From an uncultured Methanosarcinales archaeon (GTDB lineage Archaea > Nanobdellota > Nanobdellia > Woesearchaeales > GW2011-AR9): a stretch of 47,844 bases of DNA. Below are positions 18,315 through 27,578 of this stretch, piece by piece; within the stretch, counting starts at the first letter, position 1, and the number at the start of each line of letters is the position of its first letter. The translations under genes were made by a program, and so were the position numbers. The stretch lies in contig CAYIEF010000005.1 in NCBI GenBank assembly GCA_964362365.1, positions 1-47,844 of the forward strand. The letters are read 5' to 3'. The notes beneath the pieces are model-generated. The model saw nothing but the letters and a program-made list of their open reading frames with translations. It did not search any database and had not been told where the DNA came from.

Positions 18315-18413
18315 GACCGAAAAGAAAGAATAATCTTTTATTAATGTTTTGTATTTGATGTTTTGAGTATAGAAATCTTTATTAAAGAAAAACCACTTCA
18401 TATCTCCTAAAAG

Positions 18414-21400
18414 ATGGTTGATATTGATAGGAAGCTATTAAAAAATAAACCTTGGACCGGAAAACTTCTTTGGACGCACTATCGTTTTTTTCTTCTTTTG
18501 GTAGTTGTAGTTCTCCTTGGATTTGTGGCTCTATTGTCTTTAGACAAAGGCGCGCCTCTTGCCGGCGCGGTGGTTGCAGGGAGCTGTGTTTCGCCTCCTG
18601 TCGGGATTATTAGCTGGTGGCCGGGAGACGGGAATGCTAACGATATACAGGATGGCAATCGGGGGGTTTTAATAAATGGCGCAACCTTTGCAACCGGCAA
18701 AGTTGGCCAAGCTTTTAGTTTGGATGGGATCGATGATTTCGTTGAGGTAGCTGATAGCCAGAGTTTAAGCGGGCTGCAGGTTTTCACCATAGATCTGTGG
18801 GTGAAGCTTCAAAATGCAGCAAATTCGCAGTTACTTATAGGAAAGGGCGATGCAAGAATACCTGATAGGGAATGGGAATTGTACACCCATCCCGATCTTC
18901 CGGGCAAGCTTCGTTTCGACATATTTGCAAAAGATCCTACGACGAGACAACTGGTATTTGCAGGAACATATTCTTCTGAGAAATCGCTTCAAAGCAATCA
19001 ATTTCATCATGTAGTTGTCATTTACGATAGGGGAAATATGAAAATGTATATTGATGGGATGGAAGATCTTCCTCTTGATAATAGACTCTTTTCTCCTTTT
19101 TCACTTTCTTCTCCACCAGTAATCCCTGATTCAGTTGCGCCATTGCAGATGGGTTTTAGACACCTTTTCCCAGGCAGCCATTTGCAAGGACTGGTCGATG
19201 AAGTTACGCTCTACAACCGTGCTCTTTCAGCAGCCGAGGTGCAAGCAATATTCAATGCAGGAAGCGCCGGGAAATGCACAGCAGATAGAGACCTTGACGG
19301 GGACACCATTATAAACACTCAAGATAATTGTCCAACTGTACGAAACGCAGATCAACAAGATCTCGATAATGATCGCATCGGAGATGCATGCGATTCTTCC
19401 ACTACAATTAATAATACAGGTAATACGGTTCTGAGAGTATTATACCAGCCTTTTGGTGATAGTGGCGTAAAGTTTGGTGTTTTTCTGGCTTCCTCTTCAA
19501 CGGTAGTGTCCGATCCCAATTATGCAACATTTACCGAGTCAACCTTTTCGGTTCCGAAGGGATTGGCAAGCGTCCATTCTTCCCCTTCTGAAGATGGCGG
19601 ATTCGATTTAAAATCGGTGGTGGTAGCACTTACTCCTTCGGCTGTGCTTGCTGGTGCTGTCACTCCTATGGTAGTGGGATATCTCGAAGATAATGAAACC
19701 ATGAGGAGAAAGATCATGATTAAAAACCTAGGTACTGATGTCGTACCTGCGTTTACCTTCCCAACGCTGGATACGATCACCGGTATGCCCAGAGCGCAAC
19801 AAAATTCTATAGCAGCATTTCTTCCGCCTAGGGGAACTACTACAGTTACTCCGCCTGCATCTCCAGGCGCTTCTTCCACATTTGCTGTTCCGCCCATATC
19901 TGCGCCCGTGTCAGTCATCACCTCTCCGGCTACAACCTCGCAAGGCGTGCCTGCACCCGGTCCTTCTTCTGTCGTAGGCTTTATTCCACCGAATGGAGCT
20001 GCAACCGTCACACCACCTTCGGCACCAGGCGCTTCTTCCACATTTGCTGTTCCACCCATATCTGCGCCCGTGCCAGTTGCCACATCTCCTACTTCAAGTC
20101 CCGGGGGTCCAGGTCAACCACCGCAGGGAACGCCAACAACTACGCCCACGTCTGTAGCCGCAGTCCTTCCTCCAAGCAGTACTGTTAATGTTTTACCACC
20201 TTCGACACCAGGCGCTTCTACCACCTTTTCAGTTCCGCCAATATCCTCACCAGTGCCTCTTTTTACTTCGCCAGGACCGAGTACAACTCAACCAGGGCAG
20301 CCAGCTCCAACCACTCAGTCCGTGGCAGCAGTTCTTCCTCCTGATGGCACTGTTACTGTTACCGCTCCCCCAACTCCAGTTTCTCCAGCTACCTTTACAG
20401 TTCCTCCACCAGTATCTGGTCAGACTTCTCCTCCTCCCGTGCCTGCTTTCACTTTCCCAACTCCAGATTTACGTGCTACAACCGCATCTACTGTAGTTAG
20501 AATTACTTCCAGCAGTGTGTCAGTTACTGCAGATCCTCCCACAATATCAACAACAGTAACCAATTCCGGTCCGACGGAAGTTAGAACCGTTACCTACGTT
20601 AGAGAAGTTATACCGCTTGAGACTACATCCAGCTCTGTAGTTACTGTTTTACCGCCGCCAAATTCAACAGCAATGGCAAAAATAACACCTATTGTAAACC
20701 AACTCGTAACACAAGTTGTAAATCTCGGTACCTTAGTTTTAACCATGTTCACTTCGCCCGATAACAACTTACAACTAACTCCTGTTTCTGCTACCTTAAC
20801 TCTTGCTCCCAATGAAAGTCAGGCGGTTACGAGAGATTTAGATAATGATGGTGTGCTAAACGATCAGGATGCCTGTCCGCTAACCGCTGGCAGATTAGAA
20901 TATCAAGGATGTCCAGTCGCGGATAAGAATGTGGTGCAATTGCATATTATTGACCAAGCCAAAAGAGGAGATTGTAGCGGTGCAGGAAGTTGCAAGCGGC
21001 CATTGTCTGGAGCTACCGTGAAAGTCTTTGATAGGAATAAACTGAATGGCTTAGCTATTACCTTGCTTAATGGCAGCGTGGTAACACTTACTAAAAATCC
21101 AGACGGCCAATCATATGATGATATTTATGAAAGCAATGCAGCATTTGCTGCGCAAGCCGGCAAATGTATGACTAATGCGAGTGGAACGTGTCTGGCTGGT
21201 GAACAAGCAGTTGGCGATTATCTGGTTGTGGTAAAAAGTATCGATGCAGAAACAAGAACAATTGTCTATACTGGCTTACCCAAGTCGCCCAGTGATTTTG
21301 TAGATACAAATAGCGATGCTCTTGGCGACTTGGCAACAAAGGGATTCCAAGTCATTAAAGTTATCAGGAAAGACGGCGTGGTTGAATTTAAGGGGGGTAA

Positions 21401-21803
21401 AAAAACCGTAGTAACTGGAAGCATTTTGGAAATAGTCTATCCTGACAGCACCGTCTGGGAAGGAACAAAACAGATTTATCCCTTTATCTTCACCAGCGAC
21501 AGCAGTTGGACAACTAATGTTTGTCTCTCTGTGCCTTCTGGCTATAAGATTGTCTGGGTATATGACCAAAATGGAAATCTGCTTTCAACCAGTGAATGCC
21601 AGCAAACTTTTGTGGCGCAAGAAACAAAAGTTGTTGCCTTTGAAGTTCTGGAAGTTTCCAGTCCTCCGCCATTTATGAAAGCGAAATTGAAAGTTACGTC
21701 GCCAAAAGGTAAAATACATCATCTTGATGTGGATATTCCTGGCTTGCGAAAAGAAGATCTGAAAGCGATGGGAATGCCGTTGCCTAAAGTTGAGAAAAAT
21801 TGA
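18414..21803 (+). CDS. Large surface protein: LamG domain, thrombospondin type-3 Ca-binding repeats and Pro/Ser/Thr-rich repeats
   Basis: GKVGQAFSLDGIDDFVE...GLVDEVTLYNRALS (LamG). DLDGDTIINTQDNCP...DLDNDRIGDACD and DLDNDGVLNDQDACP (TSP3). N-terminal TM. Confidence 0.88.
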   Translation: MVDIDRKLLKNKPWTGKLLWTHYRFFLLLVVVVLLGFVALLSLDKGAPLAGAVVAGSCVSPPVGIISWWPGDGNANDIQDGNRGVLINGATFATGKVGQAFSLDGIDDFVEVADSQSLSGLQVFTIDLWVKLQNAANSQLLIGKGDARIPDREWELYTHPDLPGKLRFDIFAKDPTTRQLVFAGTYSSEKSLQSNQFHHVVVIYDRGNMKMYIDGMEDLPLDNRLFSPFSLSSPPVIPDSVAPLQMGFRHLFPGSHLQGLVDEVTLYNRALSAAEVQAIFNAGSAGKCTADRDLDGDTIINTQDNCPTVRNADQQDLDNDRIGDACDSSTTINNTGNTVLRVLYQPFGDSGVKFGVFLASSSTVVSDPNYATFTESTFSVPKGLASVHSSPSEDGGFDLKSVVVALTPSAVLAGAVTPMVVGYLEDNETMRRKIMIKNLGTDVVPAFTFPTLDTITGMPRAQQNSIAAFLPPRGTTTVTPPASPGASSTFAVPPISAPVSVITSPATTSQGVPAPGPSSVVGFIPPNGAATVTPPSAPGASSTFAVPPISAPVPVATSPTSSPGGPGQPPQGTPTTTPTSVAAVLPPSSTVNVLPPSTPGASTTFSVPPISSPVPLFTSPGPSTTQPGQPAPTTQSVAAVLPPDGTVTVTAPPTPVSPATFTVPPPVSGQTSPPPVPAFTFPTPDLRATTASTVVRITSSSVSVTADPPTISTTVTNSGPTEVRTVTYVREVIPLETTSSSVVTVLPPPNSTAMAKITPIVNQLVTQVVNLGTLVLTMFTSPDNNLQLTPVSATLTLAPNESQAVTRDLDNDGVLNDQDACPLTAGRLEYQGCPVADKNVVQLHIIDQAKRGDCSGAGSCKRPLSGATVKVFDRNKLNGLAITLLNGSVVTLTKNPDGQSYDDIYESNAAFAAQAGKCMTNASGTCLAGEQAVGDYLVVVKSIDAETRTIVYTGLPKSPSDFVDTNSDALGDLATKGFQVIKVIRKDGVVEFKGGKKTVVTGSILEIVYPDSTVWEGTKQIYPFIFTSDSSWTTNVCLSVPSGYKIVWVYDQNGNLLSTSECQQTFVAQETKVVAFEVLEVSSPPPFMKAKLKVTSPKGKIHHLDVDIPGLRKEDLKAMGMPLPKVEKN
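19863..20260 (+). repeat. In-frame internal repeats (PGASSTFAVPPISAPV, 3 copies)
   Basis: ccaggcgcttcttccacatttgctgttcc...atatctgcgcccgtg at ~19863 and ~20025, with a diverged third copy at ~20208. Confidence 0.8.
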
Positions 21804-21887
21804 TGTTCTTTGTTTTTATGTTGCTTAGAATGGTTTTGCTGGTGTTCGGTTAAGTTTTTAAAATAGTGATGGTTTTTGCTGATTTAC

Positions 21888-22067
21888 GGGCCTGTAGCGT
21901 AATCCGGTACTTTGTAAAAGCGGAAAAGCGCATACCCATGGCATGGGTGGAGTCCGGGTTCAAAATGCCTGCTACACTAGGCGAACGTATTCAAGTGGGG
22001 CATTCACTTCGTTCAGCCCCACGACATAGCTGTATAATGTAGCAGCGTGAAAGTCCCGGCAGGTCCA
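21888..22067 (+). tRNA. tRNA-Ala(GGC) with two non-canonical BHB introns (D-loop 20/21: 21909-21926; T-loop 59/60: 21965-22053)
   Basis: Acceptor stem GGGCCTG/CAGGTCC has the G3:U70 Ala determinant. Anticodon loop AT-GGC-AT. BHB1: helix TCCG/CGGA with bulges GT|A and AA|A. BHB2: helix TTCA/TGAA with bulges AA|A and AG|T. Splicing restores TTCAAAT. Confidence 0.93.
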
Positions 22068-22074
22068 TATTTTA

Positions 22075-22809
22075 CTACTCTTGCAGAATTTTCACTAAAC
22101 CGGTCCTATCTTTAGGTATGACATACTCAAATCTAATATTTTGGTTTCCAACTTTTGGATTAACCATGCTATAAAAAGAAAGAACGTCTTTCTCATAGAA
22201 TTGCAATACTTCAATCATGGTTCCATCTTCTTCAGAGTCTCCTTCAACACCATATCTTTGTATTAAGGGATGTTTTTTGAGGTAATCTTCTACTACTTTT
22301 TCTTTATGGTCTGATTCTGGAAAGAATCCATTAAACTTAAGAGCAGAGGCATAAGCGCTGACTACTTCTGCAATATTCCTGGTTACATAAAATCGTTGGG
22401 CCTTCGAAACTAACCCGCAGAATTCTTCAACGCCGGGATAAAGGGATTGTCTGGAGTATTCTGGCGTGAATAATTTTTGCACTTCTGCAAGGGTTTTTTC
22501 ATTTCGTAGGAAGACATTAACATAATCTTTCCATGCTGCTGATTCAGCAGCTTTTCCTCTCCATGCTAGTTGTAATGCCGTACTCGCACACCATTGCAGA
22601 TATTTTGGAGAGAAATGGCTGGTTCCTATAGCTTTTTTGACAATCTGCTTTGCCGGGGAAGGAGCATGATTATCGTCTAAATCAAAAAACCAGGTTTGGA
22701 CGCTTCTAACCAGTTGTCGTAGTTTTAGAATGTCATCTTCATCAACTTTGGTTATAATTTCTCTTTTTACTATCGCAAACAGCTGTTCTTCTTCAGTTGC
22801 TTTTCTCAT
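22075..22809 (-). CDS. HAD-superfamily hydrolase
   Basis: Motif I FDLDD, LYPGVEEF, motif II YVTRN and motif IV GDSEED. ATGA overlap with the PHP gene. Confidence 0.8.
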   Translation of the reverse strand: MRKATEEEQLFAIVKREIITKVDEDDILKLRQLVRSVQTWFFDLDDNHAPSPAKQIVKKAIGTSHFSPKYLQWCASTALQLAWRGKAAESAAWKDYVNVFLRNEKTLAEVQKLFTPEYSRQSLYPGVEEFCGLVSKAQRFYVTRNIAEVVSAYASALKFNGFFPESDHKEKVVEDYLKKHPLIQRYGVEGDSEEDGTMIEVLQFYEKDVLSFYSMVNPKVGNQNIRFEYVIPKDRTGLVKILQE

Positions 22810-23759
22810 TTTCGTACACCTAATCTTTTCGCAAGTTTGGGAAACAGTCTAGGTAAAGTCATATAAGAACTAAAACCCCAAATGCTTGAGTAGCCGGACT
22901 CAATCTTTAGTTTGCCTTTATGAGCCTTAGAAAACGCTGTTTTAAGCGATTGTAAAAATGTTTCCTCCGAGCTTGCATCAAGTAGTTCTTTTGGAATTCC
23001 TGTTCGCGACAACCCTATTTCTTTGACTCTGAAATGAGTGTCCGAATTAGCAATTCCTGCCAGATTATGCTTGCGAGCCATTCTTCTGGCTAGAACGTTG
23101 GAAGGATACATCCACAAGGTATTTTGGTGATTGCCTGTCTCAATAACTGGATTATATATATCAAACCATTCCTCTTTAGTTTTCATTTCTTCATCTGTTG
23201 GATAGCGGAAGGCAATAACTGGAGCAGCAATGCTGAAAGGATGATCTAAAAACCAGAATGCTCCCATATCTTCACACGCTTTGACGGCATCATCTAAAGT
23301 CAATTTTCCTCTATAAAATTCCCTATCATTGCCAACCATTACCACCCCCTGATTTTCTTTGACGTAAACTTCAGTAGCTCGAATAATATACAAGGAATCA
23401 TTCTCAGAATTGACTTTTACAATTCTGCTTCCCAATTTTCGGTGTTCCACTTTTTCTTCCTCTAGTTTTTCCAGTGCTTTTTCATAGCTTAAATGGTCTT
23501 TATTTGATTCAATGGTCCTGGTAACTAAAGTTATAACATCTACTCTCTTCGAAGCCTCGTCAACCGCGTTTCTTATTCTTTCATTATCCCGAATATGGAC
23601 ATGCAAATCGGTGTAAATGTAGGCGGGATCTTTAGGTTCTCTGACGGCTCCAACAACTAAATCATGAGCAAATGATGGAAATTCCCTGGCAGTCTCCCAG
23701 TTTGCTGAATACTGAAATCCTTTAGTTACTAGGGTGTAAAGATCACTTGTTAATGGCAT
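22806..23759 (-). CDS. PHP-domain metal-dependent phosphoesterase
   Basis: DLHVH, DHPF and ANSDTH metal-ligand motifs. Confidence 0.82.
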   Translation of the reverse strand: MPLTSDLYTLVTKGFQYSANWETAREFPSFAHDLVVGAVREPKDPAYIYTDLHVHIRDNERIRNAVDEASKRVDVITLVTRTIESNKDHLSYEKALEKLEEEKVEHRKLGSRIVKVNSENDSLYIIRATEVYVKENQGVVMVGNDREFYRGKLTLDDAVKACEDMGAFWFLDHPFSIAAPVIAFRYPTDEEMKTKEEWFDIYNPVIETGNHQNTLWMYPSNVLARRMARKHNLAGIANSDTHFRVKEIGLSRTGIPKELLDASSEETFLQSLKTAFSKAHKGKLKIESGYSSIWGFSSYMTLPRLFPKLAKRLGVRK

Positions 23760-23844
23760 AAGCTTTCAAAAAGGAAGCCTCTTTAAAAATATTTACTATG
23801 CGATGACAACAATTCTTTATTAACAAAAGTATCAACCTTCATTC

Positions 23845-24345
23845 ATGGCCCTTGCCGTCACCCACATCATTCTGACAATTGCCTTCCTAGACATTTTCCG
23901 TCATTACGTGTTCGGCTTGAAAAAATTTCCCCGGTATTTATTGGTGGTAGGAGGAATTGCCGGGCTAGCTCCAGACTTAGATATCCCTATCGGTTGGATA
24001 CTTACTTTACTAAATGGAAGTCCGGTAAATTTTCATGGTCTTTTTACGCACAGTATCTTCTTTGCATTGTTATTTGCAATTATCGGTGCAGTATTACACT
24101 ACCGCAAAAATCTGAAATGGGCAAAAATATTTTATGTGATAACAGTCGGGTGGACGCTCCACATCTCCCTCGATTGCTTCTACGGAATGGATTCAACTAA
24201 ATTATTCTTATGGCCGTATCAAATCCTGCCCAGTTTTTGCCCTAATTGGGATCTGCATCAGTACGGCCACAGCATCGATGCGATCATCTTAGTTCTTTGG
24301 CTGCTGCATGAAGAAATCAGCAATAAAATAAAGTGTTATTTTTAG
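23845..24345 (+). CDS. Membrane-bound metal-dependent hydrolase (YdjM/DUF457-like)
   Basis: N-terminal TH, then PDLD, HGLFTHS, HISLD and LFLWP motifs with TMs. Confidence 0.88.
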   Translation: MALAVTHIILTIAFLDIFRHYVFGLKKFPRYLLVVGGIAGLAPDLDIPIGWILTLLNGSPVNFHGLFTHSIFFALLFAIIGAVLHYRKNLKWAKIFYVITVGWTLHISLDCFYGMDSTKLFLWPYQILPSFCPNWDLHQYGHSIDAIILVLWLLHEEISNKIKCYF

Positions 24346-24448
24346 TTTAGCGTTGCCTAAAGGTTAGAATATATACTATAACACACATATAGCAAAGAAT
24401 AATATAATTGCTTTCACTTTTTCGATTACAAACAAAGAGGTGTCTATC

Positions 24449-25465
24449 ATGAAACGTACATTAGAGGTTTTAGTAGCTACTCTCGCTCTGTCTACCGTTG
24501 GTTGTGTAACCAATTCTTCAAATCTTTCCTCCTTTGCGCCTTTGGTAAATAATCAAATCGCAGATGGAAAATTAGATTCTGTTGATGATAATGTCAATCC
24601 CGAAGAGGTTCAAAAGCTTCCACAATTCAGCTACATGGTCATCAGCGAATCAAAATATAAAACTTCTAGCGGTGAAGAGCTTACCCTGCACAGTTTAGGT
24701 ACAGCCAATATTTACAAAGACCTTGGCAACAAAACTTATCTCTCAACTGCCAATCACGTAGTGCAAAATGAAGAAGTTTTATTTAGTTTATTTAAAGGCA
24801 GGCTGGAGAAAGTTTCCGAACAGTTTTACCTTTTGGAAGATGATGAGGTAGATAGGTTGCATAACCTACTACGAAGATTCTCCGCCGCAAATATGCATCA
24901 ACGGTTATATGTTGAAGATTCTTCAGGAAATAGAAAAGAACCCTCTAATTATATAATCCATACTTCTGATGAACTGAAAAGTCTTCTTAAGACCATTAAG
25001 CCAAAGAAAATTAAAACTGTTGCTCAAAATGAAGAAAAGGATTTAGCGGTTATTAGTGTACCTAAGTTACAGCATCCTCCTCTACCCTATTCTATTGGCA
25101 ATGCCGATGATTTGCAAAGACAAAATCTTCTCTTTGTAATAGGGTTTCCAGGCGGATTATTTGAAAATGTTACGAGGGGATACGTTACTGTAGTGAACGA
25201 TTCAAGACTGGTAAGAGCAGATCCGGAAACCAATTTTATCTTTGATGCATCCATCAGTCCTGGTAATTCTGGAGGCGGAATATTTGCCGTAAGAGATGGA
25301 AAATTAGAATTAGTTGGCATTACTTCAGCGATGTATTTGGGAGGAAATGATCTCTATATCGGCGTGAAAATCAATGGCATTTCCGACGTGTTTAAAGGAA
25401 ACAGCATCCGCTGCACTAACGGATGGAAATGCAATCTCTCTCAGGCGTATGAGTTGAAGTTGTGA
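24449..25465 (+). CDS. Trypsin-like serine protease lipoprotein
   Basis: Catalytic triad motifs TANHVV, DLAVI and PGNSGG. Lipobox TVGC. RBS gaggtg precedes ATG 24449. Confidence 0.9.
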   Translation: MKRTLEVLVATLALSTVGCVTNSSNLSSFAPLVNNQIADGKLDSVDDNVNPEEVQKLPQFSYMVISESKYKTSSGEELTLHSLGTANIYKDLGNKTYLSTANHVVQNEEVLFSLFKGRLEKVSEQFYLLEDDEVDRLHNLLRRFSAANMHQRLYVEDSSGNRKEPSNYIIHTSDELKSLLKTIKPKKIKTVAQNEEKDLAVISVPKLQHPPLPYSIGNADDLQRQNLLFVIGFPGGLFENVTRGYVTVVNDSRLVRADPETNFIFDASISPGNSGGGIFAVRDGKLELVGITSAMYLGGNDLYIGVKINGISDVFKGNSIRCTNGWKCNLSQAYELKL

Positions 25466-25469
25466 GAAT

Positions 25470-26084
25470 TTAGAGATATTGAAAAATCTCCTCTAGAGAT
25501 TGCAAGGATGGTTTCTGCTTACTACTTCTATCAATGAGCATTGCCTGCATTTCCAGAGCCTTAGGTGGATCGACATCACAATGCTTTTTATCTCCTATCA
25601 TCAAGGTATGAGGAGCTTCACATTCTAAGTTTGATAACATTCTTTGGTAGACTCGTAAGTCAGGCTTGTATAATCCAACCTCGCAGGAAAACAACACTAA
25701 ATCAAAATATTCTTCAAGTTCCAAATTAAAAAATGATTTTTTGTAAGGTGTTGCTAGATTTGAAATCAAACCTATTTTTAATTCTCTTTTTTGTAATTCT
25801 TCAAGAACTTTTCTTGTTTCCGGGAATAATACGGCAGAAGCCACGTCAGCAGTTACTTCTTCTTCATAAGCTTGAAGATTTAAGGCAGTTGCATCTGGTT
25901 TAATTCTTTTGACTAATCCTGAAAGATCATTGAAATCCTCAGACATAGCAATTCTTCTAGCTCGTTTCATTTCTTCTGGTGAAAGGCCAAGTTCAAAAAA
26001 TAATCTTAAGTAGGGATTAGTATCTTGGTTGTAGATCAATGTTCCATACAAGTCAAATATTACTGCTTTTATTTTATTACTCAT
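25470..26084 (-). CDS. HAD-superfamily hydrolase (subfamily IA)
   Basis: FDLYGTL, ISN, GLYKPD and IGDKKHCD motifs. Start moved to MSNKIK. Confidence 0.92.
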   Translation of the reverse strand: MSNKIKAVIFDLYGTLIYNQDTNPYLRLFFELGLSPEEMKRARRIAMSEDFNDLSGLVKRIKPDATALNLQAYEEEVTADVASAVLFPETRKVLEELQKRELKIGLISNLATPYKKSFFNLELEEYFDLVLFSCEVGLYKPDLRVYQRMLSNLECEAPHTLMIGDKKHCDVDPPKALEMQAMLIDRSSKQKPSLQSLEEIFQYL

Positions 26085-26164
26085 AGTATAATCATTATCT
26101 TTCTCATTAAAAACTTTCCGCAACAAAGCAACTTTTATATACCATTTTTCTTTTTCCCCCTTTG

Positions 26165-26779
26165 ATGTTCGGCTTTACAGAGAAAGAGGTAAAAGTATTC
26201 AAGCAACTTAATACTCCTAAAAAGATTCAGGATTTCCTCAATAAGATTCCTGCAAATTATGAACATGATCGAGAAACAGTTCTTTCTCCACGGATGGTTC
26301 TCAGGGAAAACAGAGCGCACTGCATGGAAGGAGCCATGTTTGCTGCTGCGGCACTACGCTTTCATGGGCATAAGCCGTTAGTACTTGATTTAACTTCTGT
26401 GAAAGATGACGACGATCATGTCATTACTGTATTCAGGCACCAAGGCCATTGGGGTGCAATTTCTAAAACCAATCATGCCGTTCTCAGGTATCGAGAGCCA
26501 ATTTATAAAACTATTAGGGAGTTAGTGATGTCATATTTTCATGAATATTTCACTAATCATGATGGCAAGAAAACATTACGTTCATACTCTATGCCGGTTG
26601 ATTTATCTCGGTTTGATGAGAAGGGTTGGATGACTGCAGAAGAGGATGTGGAATATATTCCTGATTACTTATTTGAAGTTCCGCACAAGCCGATTTTATC
26701 ACGAGCCCAGATTGCTTTTTTGCGCAAAGCGGATAAGATTGAGATTGAAGCTGGGAAGATTGTGGAGTGGAAGAAATGA
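26165..26779 (+). CDS. Conserved transglutaminase/papain-like fold protein
   Basis: AHCMEGAMFAA (Cys), DHV (His) and WGAISKTN motifs. Fold assignment is inferred. Confidence 0.65.
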   Translation: MFGFTEKEVKVFKQLNTPKKIQDFLNKIPANYEHDRETVLSPRMVLRENRAHCMEGAMFAAAALRFHGHKPLVLDLTSVKDDDDHVITVFRHQGHWGAISKTNHAVLRYREPIYKTIRELVMSYFHEYFTNHDGKKTLRSYSMPVDLSRFDEKGWMTAEEDVEYIPDYLFEVPHKPILSRAQIAFLRKADKIEIEAGKIVEWKK

Positions 26780-26785
26780 ATAAAC

Positions 26786-27316
26786 TCAAGGTCTCCAAAC
26801 TTCTCCGTTAAAGAGATGTTCGATTCCGCCAATTTCTCCTTCATACATCAAACATTCTACACCGCACCTTTTCAGTAAAGAAAGTGCATAATTAGTACTC
26901 TCTTGCCATCGTTCCGGTGTTTTCATAATTAATTCTTTATGACCAATCATTTTTTTTATTCCGGCATCAACAATTGCCGTAGCGCAAGGGGTGCAGGGAA
27001 CCCAGGGCATGTACATGACTGCTCCGGCTGTAGCTGAACCTCTTCTTGCAGCGTTAATTATAGCTGCTGGTTCGGCATGAATAATATGCTTGTATTTCCA
27101 ATCCCGATCTGTTTTTTGTTCTGGGGTTGGGGCTAATCCTAAAGGAAAATGGTTCGCTCCATAACTAAGGATAGTAGCCAAATCCGGCATTACGATAACT
27201 GCTGCAGTTTTGGTTACCGTATCTTCGCTATGTTCTTGCGCAAAATTGTAAGCTTCTCGTAATAAAAATTGATGTTCTTCTCCTGCGATTAATTCAATAT
27301 TCGGATTCCAAGTCAT
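26786..27316 (-). CDS. dCMP deaminase-like zinc-dependent deaminase
   Basis: HAEPAAI and PCTPC motifs. True start MTWNPN (27316) follows RBS ggtga. The longer ORF-track version runs through tRNA-Pro. Confidence 0.9.
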   Translation of the reverse strand: MTWNPNIELIAGEEHQFLLREAYNFAQEHSEDTVTKTAAVIVMPDLATILSYGANHFPLGLAPTPEQKTDRDWKYKHIIHAEPAAIINAARRGSATAGAVMYMPWVPCTPCATAIVDAGIKKMIGHKELIMKTPERWQESTNYALSLLKRCGVECLMYEGEIGGIEHLFNGEVWRP

Positions 27317-27389
27317 GTTATCACCAAGAGAGATGGTGGTAATTGTGTTTATATTGTTTGTTATTCTCAAGAATGGGAGAAATAAAGTA

Positions 27390-27500
27390 TGGGGCCGCGA
27401 AGATTTGAACTCCGGTCGCACCCATGTTGGCAAAAAGTCCCCAAGGGTGAATCCTTTCTTGCAAGCGTTATCTGCTTGTACCAAGCTAGACTACGACCCC
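27390..27500 (-). tRNA. tRNA-Pro(GGG) with two BHB introns (D-loop 20/21: 27456-27479; canonical 37/38: 27425-27438)
   Basis: Reverse complement GGGGTCG TA GTCT AGCTTGGT[ACAAGCAGATAACGCTTGCAAGAA]A GGAT T CACCC TTGGGG[ACTTTTTGCCAACA]T GGGTG CGAC CGGAG TTCAAAT CTTCG CGGCCCC A. Helices CTTG/CAAG and TTGG/CCAA each have 3-nt bulges. Confidence 0.93.
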
Positions 27501-27578
27501 AGTGGAATCATAAAGTTGATGGTTTATTATAAAACTTACTTAGAAAGCTTTTTATATGAACTGTATTTTTCAATATCC

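Noticed and set aside
1757-20260. Direct repeats (1757-1858, 5358/5778, 5841/6711, 19863/20025) as CRISPR arrays or DGR template/variable repeats
   Set aside because: All are in-frame protein repeats without unique spacers. The differences are not adenine-specific, and no cas or reverse transcriptase gene is present.
27315-27578. N-terminal extensions of ORF-track calls 27315..28439 (+) and 26786..27484 (-)
   Set aside because: Both run through the intron-containing tRNA-Pro. Better starts with RBS or TATA support exist at 27579 and 27316.
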